This document shows, one piece after another, positions 38,325-48,087 of a DNA stretch of 64,000 nt (within the stretch, counting starts at the first letter, position 1; each line of letters begins with the position of its first letter). Origin of the DNA: Pseudomonadota bacterium (GTDB taxonomy: Bacteria; Myxococcota_A; UBA9160; SZUA-336); the NCBI GenBank assembly GCA_021295775.1, contig JAGWBS010000003.1, forward strand, positions 395-64,394, read 5' to 3'. The position numbers and the translations under genes were made by a program. Under the pieces are notes generated by a model. That model was given only the letters and a program-made list of their open reading frames with translations. It had not been told where the DNA came from and ran no database searches.

Positions 38325-40098
38325 ACCGCAGCCCCTCGGCGGGATCGAGGCGGGCGGCCTGCCAGGAGGGCAGCAGCGTGGCGCCCACGGACAGGGTCAT
38401 CGCGATCAGCGAGACCAGGGCGAGCTGCGGGATCTCGATCGAGTACGGCAGCCCCGCAAGCTGATAGACGTTGGCGGGCAGCACGTCGATTCCCAGGGTG
38501 CGCTCGACCACCGCCTGGATCGTCTCCAGGTTCACCGTGATCACCAGACCCATGCCGAGCCCCAGGGCGAGCCCGACCAGCCCGATCAGCAGCCCCTGGA
38601 TGGCGAAGATGCGCAGGATGCCCTCGTCCTCGCAGCCCATGGTCTTGAGGATCGCGATGTCGCGCGATTTCTCCATGATCATCATGATCAGCGTGGCGAT
38701 GATGATGAAACCGGCCACGACCATGATGAACGAGAGCAGCACGAACATCATCGCGCGCTCGGTCTTGAGCGCCTGGAAGAAACCGGGATAGAAATCCTTC
38801 CAGTCGCGGGCGTAGTACGTCCCGCCCAGCTCGATTTCGGCGCCGCGGGCGACCTGCCGCGAACGGTAGGCGTCGTGCGTGCGCACCTCGATCGCGCTGA
38901 CCACGTCGCCCAGGCGCATGAACTGCTGGGCGCCTTCCAGGCTGGTGTAGACGTAGCTCTCGTCGAACTGGAAGAAGTCCGAGCGGAACAGTCCCGCCAG
39001 CCGGAAGCGCTCCATGCGCGGCGCGGGCCCGAGCGGCGTCGGCCGCCCGCCCGTCGGCGAGATCAGCACCAGCGGGTCGCCGACGCGCACGAAGAAGCGC
39101 TGCGCGAGCTGTTCGCCCAGGATCACTCCGGGCAGGGCGGCGACGCCGCTCGAGCCGTCGGCGGGCGCCAGATCCGCGAGCGACCCCTGCCGGAGCTGAG
39201 CCACCAGATCGGTCGCGCCGGCGACGGTCGCCGGATCCACGCCCTTGAGCACCACGGACTGGATCTGGCCGCCGCCCATGCGCAGCACGGCCTCGGTCGC
39301 CAGCGCGGGGGTCGCGGCCTCGACGCCCTCCAGAGCGGCGACGCGCTCGCGCAGGGCGCGGTAGTCGGGAAACTCGCCCAGCCGCGAGTGCAGCGTGAAG
39401 TGGGCGCGCGAGCCGACGATCTTCTCTTCCCACATGTGGGAGAAGCCGTTCATCACCGACAGCACCACCGTGATCACCGCCACCCCGAGCGAGACGCCCA
39501 CCACGCAGATTCCGCTGATGATCGAGATCACCGTCTGGCGCCGGCGCGCCAGCAGGTAGCGCACCGAGATCCACCACTCTACGGGCCGCCGGGCGCGGTG
39601 CACGACCAGCCCGCCCGCGACCAGGGGCCAGAGCCCGATTCCCGCCAGGGCCCCCAGCGCGAACGCGACCTGCACGGCGCCCTGTCCCAGCCGCTGCAGG
39701 GAAACTCCGCCCAGGCTCGGGGATGGAGCGAAGAGCGAGAGCGCGAACAGCAGGCCGCAAGCCAGCAGCCCCGCCCCCAGTCCGCGCTGCAGCGCGCGGT
39801 GGATCCGGGTCCAGCGCACCAGGGCCCAGGCGACGCCCCCGCAGCCGGCCTGGAGCGCGGCCAGGCCCCAGACCGGGGCGTCGGGAGCGAGCCAAAGCCC
39901 CGCGATCCAGGCGAGGCCCACCGCCAGGCCCAGGGAGATCCCCGCCACCCGGGGTTCGCGCACGAAGCGCAGGAAGTGTCCCAGGATCAGCGCCGCCGAG
40001 CCCGAGAAGAACAGGAACATCAATCCGAAGGCGACCGCGATCAGGGCGACCAGGCCCGCCGAGACGAAGCCCAGGCCCTGGAACAGCCAGTCAAGCAT
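38317..40098 (-). CDS. LolC/LolE family lipoprotein-release permease with ~170-aa polytopic N-terminal extension
   Basis: The canonical part begins near [46 protein letters not shown]. It has a periplasmic domain and a C-terminal FtsX-type TM bundle. The preceding 170 aa are hydrophobic G/L/A-rich helices with high GC3. ATG 40098 overlaps the lysS stop by 8 nt. Confidence 0.8.
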
Positions 40099-41590
40099 CC
40101 CGCGGCCTCAGATGCGGAAACAGCTTCACTTCGCGCAGGTGGGCGGCCCCGGTCAGGATCATCGCCAGCCGTCCGACGCCCATTCCCATGCCCCCGGTGG
40201 GAGGCATTCCGTGCTCGAGCGCGCGCAGGAAGTCCTCGTCGACCGGGTGCGCCTCCGCGTCCCCGCTGCGGGCGGCAGCGGCCTGTTCCTCGAAGCGGGC
40301 GCGCTGGTCGTCGGGGTCGTTCAGCTCGGAGAAGGCGTTGGCGATCTCCATCCCGCCGATGAACGCCTCGAAGCGCTCGACAAGATGCGGGCGGCTCTCG
40401 TCGCGCTTGGCCAGCGGCGAGAGCGCGGCGGGGTAGTCGAGCACGAAGACGGGATCGATCAGCTCGGGCTCGACCGCCTGCGAGAAGATCGCGTCGACCA
40501 GCGCCGCCCAGGTGGGCGAAGCGGCGGGATCGACGCCCGCCACGCCCGCGCGGCGCACCTCGTCCCGGAGCGGTTCCAGCTCGGTGACCTGCTCGATGTC
40601 GACGCCGGTGCGCTCGCGGATCAGCTCCGCCATCGGGCGCCGCGGCCAGGGGGGCGCGAGATCGATGCCCCGGCCGTCGCGCTCCACGCGCGTGCCGCCC
40701 CCCACGCGCTCGGCGGCGCCGGCGACCAGGTTCTCGGTCAGTTCCATCATGTCCGTGTAGTCGGCGTAGGCTTGGTACACCTCGAGCATCGAGAACTCGG
40801 GGTTGTGCTTGCGGGAGACGCCCTCGTTGCGGAAATCGCGACCAATCTCGTAGACGCGGTCGAGCCCGCCGATAATCAACCGCTTGAGGTAGAGCTCGAA
40901 CGAGATGCGCAGGTAGAGCTGCTGGTCGTAGGTCTTGTGCCGGGTGACGAAGGGCGTGGCGTGGGCGCCGCCGTAGAGCGGCTGCAGCACCGGCGTCTCG
41001 ACCTCCAGGAAGCCCCGCTCGTCCAGCAGCGCTCGCAGGGCGGAGACCATCCGCGAGCGCTTGACGGCCCAGTCGCGGGCCTCGGGGTTGACCAGCAGAT
41101 CGAGATAGCGCTGGCGGTAACGCGTCTCGACGTCGACCAGACCGTGGAACTTCTCCGGCAGCGGCCGGTAGGACTTGGCCAGGAAGCCGATCTCTTCGGC
41201 CTCGACCGTGAGCTCGCCGCTGCGGGTGCGCAGCAGACCGCCACGCGCCCAGATGAAGTCTCCCGCCTCGTACAGGCGGAACGCGCGGTAGACCTCGCTT
41301 CCCAGGCGGTCGCGCTTGACCCAGACCTGCAGGCGGGCGCCGTCGGCCTGCAGCGTCACGAACGCCGCCTTGCCGAAGGAGCGCACGGCGGCGATGCGTC
41401 CGGCGACGCGGGCCTCCGCCCGCGCCTCCTCCAGCGCCTCGGCGTCGCTTTCCGCCCAGCGCTCGGACACCTCGCGCAGCGAATCCAGGGGGCGTGGCAC
41501 GCGGGCGGGGAACAGCTCCGCGCCGGCCTCGTCGCGCAGGCGCTCGGCGCGCTTGCGCCGGGCGGCCAGGATCTCCGCTTCGTTGGCCAC
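40091..41590 (-). CDS. lysS: lysine--tRNA ligase (class II)
   Basis: GTG 41590 ([18 protein letters not shown]...) shares 1 nt with the prfB stop (TAGTG). Motifs are [23 protein letters not shown] and [14 protein letters not shown]. The protein is 499 aa. Confidence 0.9.
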   Translation of the reverse strand: MANEAEILAARRKRAERLRDEAGAELFPARVPRPLDSLREVSERWAESDAEALEEARAEARVAGRIAAVRSFGKAAFVTLQADGARLQVWVKRDRLGSEVYRAFRLYEAGDFIWARGGLLRTRSGELTVEAEEIGFLAKSYRPLPEKFHGLVDVETRYRQRYLDLLVNPEARDWAVKRSRMVSALRALLDERGFLEVETPVLQPLYGGAHATPFVTRHKTYDQQLYLRISFELYLKRLIIGGLDRVYEIGRDFRNEGVSRKHNPEFSMLEVYQAYADYTDMMELTENLVAGAAERVGGGTRVERDGRGIDLAPPWPRRPMAELIRERTGVDIEQVTELEPLRDEVRRAGVAGVDPAASPTWAALVDAIFSQAVEPELIDPVFVLDYPAALSPLAKRDESRPHLVERFEAFIGGMEIANAFSELNDPDDQRARFEEQAAAARSGDAEAHPVDEDFLRALEHGMPPTGGMGMGVGRLAMILTGAAHLREVKLFPHLRPRDA

Positions 41591-42718
41591 TAGCCGGCGG
41601 CCTCCTGCAGCAGGTAGGCGCGGATCAGCTCGTCGAGGCCGCCGTCGAGCACGCCCTGGGCGTTGCCGATCTCCAGCTTGGTGCGGTGGTCCTTGACGCG
41701 CTGCGAGGGGTGGATGGTGTACGAGCGGATCTGGCTGCCGAAGTCGATCTTCTTCTTCTCGCCGCCCAGGCGTTCGACCTCGGCCGCGTGCTCCTGCCGC
41801 GCGCGCTCGTAGAGCCGCGCGCGCAGCACCTTCATCGCCAGCGCCTTGTTCTTGTGCTGGCTGCGCTCGTTCTGGCACTGCACCACCAGGCCGGTCGGCA
41901 GGTGCGTGATGCGCACCGCCGAGTCGGTGCGGTTGACGTGCTGGCCGCCGGCGCCGCCGGCCCGGTACGTGTCGATGCGCAGATCCTTCTCGTCCAGGTC
42001 GACTTTCACCTCGTCGCCGATGTCGGGGACCATCGAGAGCGACGCGAAGCTGGTCTGGCGCCGGCTCTGGGCGTCGAAGGGCGAGATCCGCACCAGGCGG
42101 TGGATGCCCACCTCGCTGCGCAGATAGCCGTAGGCGCACTCGCCGCGCACCGTGAAAGTGACGCTCTTGAGGCCCGCCTCCTCGCCCTCCTGAATGTCCA
42201 GAATCTCGGCCTGGAAGCCGCGCTCCTCGAACCAGCGCAGGTACATGCGCAGCAGCATCTCGCACCAGTCGCAGGCGTCCGTCCCGCCCGCTCCGGAGTT
42301 CAGCGAGACGATCGCGTCGCTGGCGTCGTGCTCCCCCGAGAGCATGCGCCGCAGCTCGGCGTCGGAGAGCCGCTGCTCGAGCCGGACGACCGCCGCGGCG
42401 GCCTCCTCGACCGACTCCGGGTCGTCCTCGCCCGCGCCCAGCTCGAGCAGGATCTCGGCGTCGGAGATCAGCCCGCTGATGTCGGCGTCGGACTCGAGCT
42501 GGCGTTCGATCGCGCGCTTCTCGCGCAGCGTGCTCTCGGCGCGCTCGCGGTCCTCCCAGAGCGCGGGATCGGCGGCGATCTCCTCGATCTCTGCCAGGCG
42601 GGCCCGCCGCCCGGCCAAGTCAAAGATGCCTCCGCAGCGCGGCGGCGCGCTCACGGAGCGGGCGGAGTTCCTCTTCGATCTCCCGCGCGCGAACTCCGGT
42701 CTCTTCCGACAAGTCCAA
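41590..42718 (-). CDS. prfB: peptide chain release factor 2 (requires programmed +1 frameshift)
   Basis: Frame 0 runs from TTG ~42718: [32 protein letters not shown], then UGA at 42622-42620. The +1 frame continues [24 protein letters not shown]... It contains the SPF motif (ISPFD) and GGQ ([16 protein letters not shown]). The total is ~375 aa. The exact start is uncertain (TTG 42718 or 42712). Confidence 0.9.
42619..42633 (-). other. RF2 +1 ribosomal frameshift site: GGAGG CAU CUU UGA C
   Basis: The mRNA reads CGG AGG CAT CTT TGA C. There is an internal SD-like GGAGG, a 3-nt spacer, then the shifty CUU followed by UGA C. This is the same architecture as the E. coli prfB site. Confidence 0.85.
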
Positions 42719-44246
42719 GCCCTCCCAGGCCCAGCAGCAGTCCCCAGCTCGCCCACACCACCCAGTCGCCGTATCGCGCGTAGAGAGTCTCGGGGCGCCG
42801 CGGCGGAACGTCGCCCGCCAGCGCCCGGCGCTCGAAGATCGGCGTCTGATCGAGGACGACTCCTCCCGCGTCGATGAACCCACTCACCCCGGTGTTGGCG
42901 GCGCGCAGCATGGGCAGCCCGTTCTCGGCGGCGCGCAGGGACGCGATCGCCATGAACTGATGCGGCGCGCTGCTGCGCCCGTACCACGCGTCGTTGGTCA
43001 GGTTGAGCAGCAGCCCCGCTCCCGAGCGCGCGGCCCGACGCACCAGATCGGGGTAGATCAGTTCATAACAAATGAGCGCCGCGGGAGCATGCCGGGGGAC
43101 GACCGCCCCGCGGGTCTCGAGCCGGCGCACGGACTCTCCCGGCGTCAGGTCGTGCAGACCCGCCAGCCCCGAGGCCACGGCCGAGAAGGCCCCGAACACG
43201 CCCCGCAGCGGCACGTACTCCCCGAACGGAACCAGTTGGGTCTTGTCGTAGCGGTCGACCACGCCCGCGTCGGGCGTGACCACGAAGGCGCTGTTGAACA
43301 CGCGCGGCCGCTCGCTTTCGAGGCTGAATCCCAGTCCGGTCCCGCCCAGGACCAGGACCGCGCCGGTCTCCGCCGAGAGTTCGGCCACGCTGCGACGGTA
43401 CTCGGGCTCGGCCTCGAGCAGCACCGGCACCGAGGCCTCGGGCCAGACGACCAGATCGAGCGGCTTGCCCGCCGCGACCAGCCGCGTCAGGTCCAGGTGC
43501 GCCTGGAAGTGCCGGCGCGCCAGTTCCCGGTCCCACTTGATCTGCTGCGGGATGTTCGCCTGGACCACGGCCGCCCGAAGCGGGGCCGGATCGGGTTCCG
43601 CCGGCCGCCCGAAGCGCAGGGCGAAACCCGCCAGGTGGGCGGCGCAGAGCAGCACGACCGCCGTGCGCCAGCGTCCGCTGGCCAGCAGGCCGGCGAAGCA
43701 GGCCAACAGAAAGCTCAGCCCCCACACGCCGCCCAGCGCGGCGAGTTCCAGCAGCGGCCCGTCGGCGTGCCCGGCGTAGCCCAGGTAGGCCCAGGGAAAG
43801 CCGCCGAACAGATCGAAGCTGCGCAGATGCTCCGTGACGACCCAGGCGGCGGGCAGGACCAGAACCGCCCGCAGGCGTGGGCTCCAGCCTGGCCAGGCCG
43901 CGACCGCAGCCGCCAGCGCCGCGTGCAGAGCGAAGTACAGCGCCACGGCCCCCACCGCCGCGACGCCGAAGACCGGCGCGGCGCCGCCGTGGACCGTGAC
44001 CACGACGTAGAGCCAGAACAGCACCCCGGCGTAGCCGGCGGCCGCCCCCGCCAGCGTCCAGCCGAAGGCGGCGCGCGGCCCGGCCCGGCCGACCAGCCAG
44101 GCGAGCGGCAGCAGCGCCACCCAGCCCACGACGGCTCCGGCGTCGAACGCCAGCTCTCCCGCCCGAAAGGGGAAGGACAGCGTCAGCCCCAGCCCGAGCG
44201 CCGCGGCGGCCGAGGCGCGCTTCAGTCGCTCCGCGCGATCTCCCAC
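42651..44246 (-). CDS. lnt: apolipoprotein N-acyltransferase
   Basis: There is a polytopic N-terminal domain, then a CN-hydrolase domain (LVVWPEAS, ALICYELIYPD, LLNLTNDAWYG) and a terminal TM segment. The 3' tail overlaps the prfB start. Confidence 0.9.
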   Translation of the reverse strand: MGDRAERLKRASAAAALGLGLTLSFPFRAGELAFDAGAVVGWVALLPLAWLVGRAGPRAAFGWTLAGAAAGYAGVLFWLYVVVTVHGGAAPVFGVAAVGAVALYFALHAALAAAVAAWPGWSPRLRAVLVLPAAWVVTEHLRSFDLFGGFPWAYLGYAGHADGPLLELAALGGVWGLSFLLACFAGLLASGRWRTAVVLLCAAHLAGFALRFGRPAEPDPAPLRAAVVQANIPQQIKWDRELARRHFQAHLDLTRLVAAGKPLDLVVWPEASVPVLLEAEPEYRRSVAELSAETGAVLVLGGTGLGFSLESERPRVFNSAFVVTPDAGVVDRYDKTQLVPFGEYVPLRGVFGAFSAVASGLAGLHDLTPGESVRRLETRGAVVPRHAPAALICYELIYPDLVRRAARSGAGLLLNLTNDAWYGRSSAPHQFMAIASLRAAENGLPMLRAANTGVSGFIDAGGVVLDQTPIFERRALAGDVPPRRPETLYARYGDWVVWASWGLLLGLGGLGLVGRDRSSRAGDRRGTPPAP

Positions 44247-44662
44247 CGAAGCAGCTCCTCGAGTTCGCGCATGCGCCGCGAGTCCGCGGCGGTCCCGTGA
44301 TCCATGCCCAGCAGGTGCAGCAGGCCGTGGATCAACAGATCGCGCAGTTCGTCGTCGAGCGGGACGCCGCGCCGCCCGGCCTGCCGGGCCGCGGTCTCGA
44401 CCGAAACCACCACGTCGCCCAGGCTCTCGCCCCGATGCGCCGCGCTCGGCCCCTCCGCCAGAGCGAACGCCAGCACGTCGGTCGGCCGGGCGGGTCTACC
44501 GAAGCGGCCCGCCAGCTCGGCGATTTCGGCGTCGCTCGTCAGACTGATCGAGAGTTCCGCGTCAAGGCAGCCCAAGACGCTTAAGAGCGTCCGGGCGCTC
44601 CGCCGCAGGCGGCTCCGATCGACCGGCTCGCCGCGGCTCGATCCATTCAACCACACCCTCAT
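44222..44662 (-). CDS. ybeY: rRNA maturation endoribonuclease YbeY
   Basis: Motifs are PTDVLAF and the zinc motif HGLLHLLGMDH. GC3 is high from ATG 44662 onward, which supports this start even though it overlaps the upstream gene by 101 nt. Confidence 0.85.
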   Translation of the reverse strand: MRVWLNGSSRGEPVDRSRLRRSARTLLSVLGCLDAELSISLTSDAEIAELAGRFGRPARPTDVLAFALAEGPSAAHRGESLGDVVVSVETAARQAGRRGVPLDDELRDLLIHGLLHLLGMDHGTAADSRRMRELEELLRWEIARSD

Positions 44663-46979
44663 CGTCGGGCGGCTCGGCTTCGCGCCCGTCGGCCTCGGAG
44701 GGCTCGGGGTAGTCGATGCGTCCGTGCCGGATCGCGCCGAGGGTGTCGCTGAAGGTTCGCGCGATCGCGTGCAGATCGCGCAGCGTCAGGCTGCATTCGT
44801 CGAGCTGTCCGTCTCTGAAGTAGTTGTTGATGATGCGCTGGACGAGCTGCCGGACCCGCGCCGGATTGTTGTCCGCCAGCGCGCGCGAGGCCGCCTCCAC
44901 CGAGTCCGCCAGCATCAGGATGCCCGCTTCGCGCGTCTGCGGCTTGGGCCCCGGATAGCGGTAGTCGTGCTCGGCGACTTCCGCACCCTTGTCGGGATCG
45001 GCCAGCCGGCGCGCCTTCTCGTAGAAGAAACGGATCACGCTGGTGCCGTGGTGCTGCCGGATGCCGCGCAGGATCGGCGCGGCCAGCCGGTTGCTCTCGG
45101 CGATCTCCGCGCCGTCCTTCACGTGCGCCTGGATGATGCGCGCCGACATCGAGGGCGAAAGCTTCTCGTGGCGGTTCTCGCCGTGGTGCAGCGGCACGTT
45201 CTCGATGAAGAACTGGGGGCGGCGCAGCTTGCCGATGTCGTGGTAGTAGCCGGCCACCTTCGCCTCCAGCGCGTTGGCGCCGATCGCCTCGGCCGCCATC
45301 TCGGCCAGGTGGCCGACCATCATGCTGTGGTGATAGGTACCCGGCGCGCTCAGCTCCAGCTCCCGCAGCAGCGAGTTCTCGCGGTTGGCCAGCTCCAGCA
45401 GCCGGATGTCGGTGGTGTAGGAGAAGAGCGACTCGACCACCGGGGCGATGCCGGAAACCACCACCCCGGACACGAGCCCGGCCAGCAGTCCCAGCCCCAG
45501 CGAGACCAGCAGCGCCAGCGGGACGATCTCGCCGCCCAGCAGGTGCAGCGCCAGGATCGCCACCATGTTGGCCGAGGACACGCGCAGTCCGGCGCGCAGC
45601 AGCGCGCCGCGCCGGGTGACGCGGGCCGCGCCGATGGCGGCCATCAGGGAGCCGGCCAGGGTGTAGGCCGCGTAGCCCAGGTCCGCCTGCATCTGGAAAC
45701 CCGTGGTCACCGAGATCACCAGCGCGAACAGCACCGCGGTCTCGGAGTTGTGCACCAGGCGCACCAGCATGGTCGCGGCCGCGACCGGAATCGCGAAGTA
45801 CTGAAGATCCGGCGACTGCTCGACCAGCGGGGCGAAGAACGGAGTCTGGGCCACCGCGTCGCACAGGAAGACCGCCACCAGCGTGGCCAGGGCGGAGGCC
45901 AGCAGCGCGCTCACCAGGAAGGTCGCGTCGCGCACTTCGCGGCGAAAGCGCCGGAAGCCGCTCGACCCGAATCGCCACACGATGCGGAACAGCAGCGCCA
46001 GCAGCAGGGCGACGCCGATGGGGATCTCGAGCCGGCGCGAGAACGTCTGCTGCTCCCGGATGCCCTCGAGCAGCAGCACGTGGCGCGGCGTGACGCGGTC
46101 GCCGCGCCGCACGATGACCTCGCCCTGGCGCAGCGTGATCGTCACCGGCTGGACGCCCTGCTCCGCCGTCCGGCTGCGCTCCTCGCTGGCGCGCAGGTTG
46201 TAGTCGAGATTGGGCGAGATCAGACCGGCGGCCAAGGAACGCAGCGCGTCGCGCTTTTCGGGCGGTTCTTCCGCGAGCAGCCGTCCGGCGGCCTCGTCGA
46301 GCAGCTCCAGCGCTTCCGGCAGCGCCAGCACCGCCGCGCGGCTCTCGAGCGGCTGGTCCACGTCCGAGCCGAGTTCGCGCACCACCACGCCGCGCTTGTC
46401 GAAGCGCCGCCCGAACTCCTCCGCCTCGCGGACGATCATGCGCGGCGCCACGGAACGCAGAAGCTGGACGGTCAAAAAGCGGTCGCGGTCGGCGAACTCG
46501 GTGAGGGCGAGCTGTTCGATCGCCGCGTCGGGGATCGCGTCGCGCTCGCCGAGCGCGGCGCGGAACGCCGCCACGGGAGTCTCGCCGGCCTCTTCCGTGG
46601 GATCCTCCTGGGGCAGGCGCTCGCGGGCGGCGGTGAAGCCCGCCGCGAGCAGCTCTTCGAGCTGCCGGGCGCGGCCCAGGTCGAAGTCGTAGACCGCCGC
46701 GGTGCCTTCCGCGGCCTCGCGCACCAGCGCCTGGGTCGCTTCCGGGTCGACGATGCTCACGTCCGCGGGCGACTCGTAGTCGCGCTCGGAGACGTCGCCG
46801 GCCAGGGGAATCCGGAAGCGCTGGCCGGGCTCGAGCAGCACGGGGAGCGTGAGCAGGGTCGCCAGCGCGATGCTGCCGGCCAGCGCGAGCGCCGTCAGGC
46901 GGATCCGCCGGCCGCGCCCCCTGGACGCCCGCGCCGGGTCCGGGGCGCGGCTCCGGGCGCCGTCATTCCCCGCGGTCAC
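44562..46979 (-). CDS. 7TM-HD membrane phosphohydrolase (YqfF/PgpH family, HDIG domain)
   Basis: It has an N-terminal TM segment plus a large extracytoplasmic domain, then a 7-TM block, then an HD domain (HHSMMVGHLAEMAAE, YYHDIGKL, RQHHGTS). The protein is 805 aa. Confidence 0.85.
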   Translation of the reverse strand: MTAGNDGARSRAPDPARASRGRGRRIRLTALALAGSIALATLLTLPVLLEPGQRFRIPLAGDVSERDYESPADVSIVDPEATQALVREAAEGTAAVYDFDLGRARQLEELLAAGFTAARERLPQEDPTEEAGETPVAAFRAALGERDAIPDAAIEQLALTEFADRDRFLTVQLLRSVAPRMIVREAEEFGRRFDKRGVVVRELGSDVDQPLESRAAVLALPEALELLDEAAGRLLAEEPPEKRDALRSLAAGLISPNLDYNLRASEERSRTAEQGVQPVTITLRQGEVIVRRGDRVTPRHVLLLEGIREQQTFSRRLEIPIGVALLLALLFRIVWRFGSSGFRRFRREVRDATFLVSALLASALATLVAVFLCDAVAQTPFFAPLVEQSPDLQYFAIPVAAATMLVRLVHNSETAVLFALVISVTTGFQMQADLGYAAYTLAGSLMAAIGAARVTRRGALLRAGLRVSSANMVAILALHLLGGEIVPLALLVSLGLGLLAGLVSGVVVSGIAPVVESLFSYTTDIRLLELANRENSLLRELELSAPGTYHHSMMVGHLAEMAAEAIGANALEAKVAGYYHDIGKLRRPQFFIENVPLHHGENRHEKLSPSMSARIIQAHVKDGAEIAESNRLAAPILRGIRQHHGTSVIRFFYEKARRLADPDKGAEVAEHDYRYPGPKPQTREAGILMLADSVEAASRALADNNPARVRQLVQRIINNYFRDGQLDECSLTLRDLHAIARTFSDTLGAIRHGRIDYPEPSEADGREAEPPDDEGVVEWIEPRRAGRSEPPAAERPDALKRLGLP

Positions 46980-47955
46980 TCCCCGTCTCCCTGGGCTCGT
47001 CGCCGTTCTCGTAGGCCCGGATGATCTCCTGGACCAGCGGGTGACGGACGACGTCCTTCTCGTCGAAGCCCACGAACGCGATGCCGGGAATGCCGGCCAG
47101 GATCCGGCTCGCCTGGAACAGTCCCGAGCGCATTTCCCGCGGCAGGTCCGTCTGCGTCAGATCGCCGTTGATCACCGCCTTGGAATCGAAGCCCAGACGG
47201 GTCAGGAACATGCGCATCTGCTCCGAGGTGGTGTTCTGGCCCTCGTCCAGGATGATGAAAGCGTCGTTCAGCGTGCGGCCGCGCATGTAGGCGAGCGGCG
47301 CGATCTCGATACTGCCGCGCTCCATGTGCCGGTGGACCTCGTCGCCGTCCATCATCTCGCTCAGCGCGTCGGTCAGCGGCCGCAGGTAGGGGTCGACCTT
47401 CTCGTGCAGCGTGCCGGGCAGGAAGCCCAGCCGCTCGCCGGCCTCGACCGCCGGGCGCGTCAGCACGATGCGCGCCACTTCGCGCCGCCGCAGAGCCTGG
47501 ACCGCCATCGCCATCGCCAGGTAGGTCTTGCCCGTGCCCGCCGGCCCGATGCCGAAGGTCAGATCCCCGTCGCGGATGCACTGCACGTAGAGACGCTGGT
47601 TGGCCGTGCGGGGCACGATCCGCTTGCGGCGCCGTCCCACCTCGATCACATCGCCCTCGGCCACCGCCCGGCCCGCGGGGGCCAGGCCCTCGGAGGCCAT
47701 CCGGGCCATGTTGCGCACATCCCGCTCGTCGATCTCGACGCCCGAAGCGGCCGTCTCGTACAGGTCCTGCAGCACGCGGCGCGCCAGCTTGCACTCCAGC
47801 GCGGGTCCCGACAGCCGCACGCGATTGCCGCGCGCGCGGACCTGGATCCCGGTCTCCTTCTCCAGCGCCCGCAGGTTGCGGTCTCCCTGCCCGAACAGCA
47901 GCAGCGCGACCTCGTTGTCTTCCAGCACCAGAGATTCGTCGTCGGCCAATCTCAC
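46963..47955 (-). CDS. phoH: PhoH-like ATPase (PhoH/YbeZ)
   Basis: Motifs are Walker A GPAGTGKTYLAMAMA, GERLGFLPG and FIILDEGQNT. The start is uncertain (GTG 47955 is proposed; the track start is 48069). Confidence 0.85.
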   Translation of the reverse strand: MRLADDESLVLEDNEVALLLFGQGDRNLRALEKETGIQVRARGNRVRLSGPALECKLARRVLQDLYETAASGVEIDERDVRNMARMASEGLAPAGRAVAEGDVIEVGRRRKRIVPRTANQRLYVQCIRDGDLTFGIGPAGTGKTYLAMAMAVQALRRREVARIVLTRPAVEAGERLGFLPGTLHEKVDPYLRPLTDALSEMMDGDEVHRHMERGSIEIAPLAYMRGRTLNDAFIILDEGQNTTSEQMRMFLTRLGFDSKAVINGDLTQTDLPREMRSGLFQASRILAGIPGIAFVGFDEKDVVRHPLVQEIIRAYENGDEPRETGSDRGE

Positions 47956-48087
47956 CTCAGCGCCCTGCGATGCCCGCCGGTCACGAGATCCGGTGGGCCG
48001 CTCGGGCAGACGCCGACGCACGACTTCCGGTCGCGCCCGCGCGGGCGTAACTGTACCCGCAGGTCGCAAGCGCCGCCAAGAGCCTTC

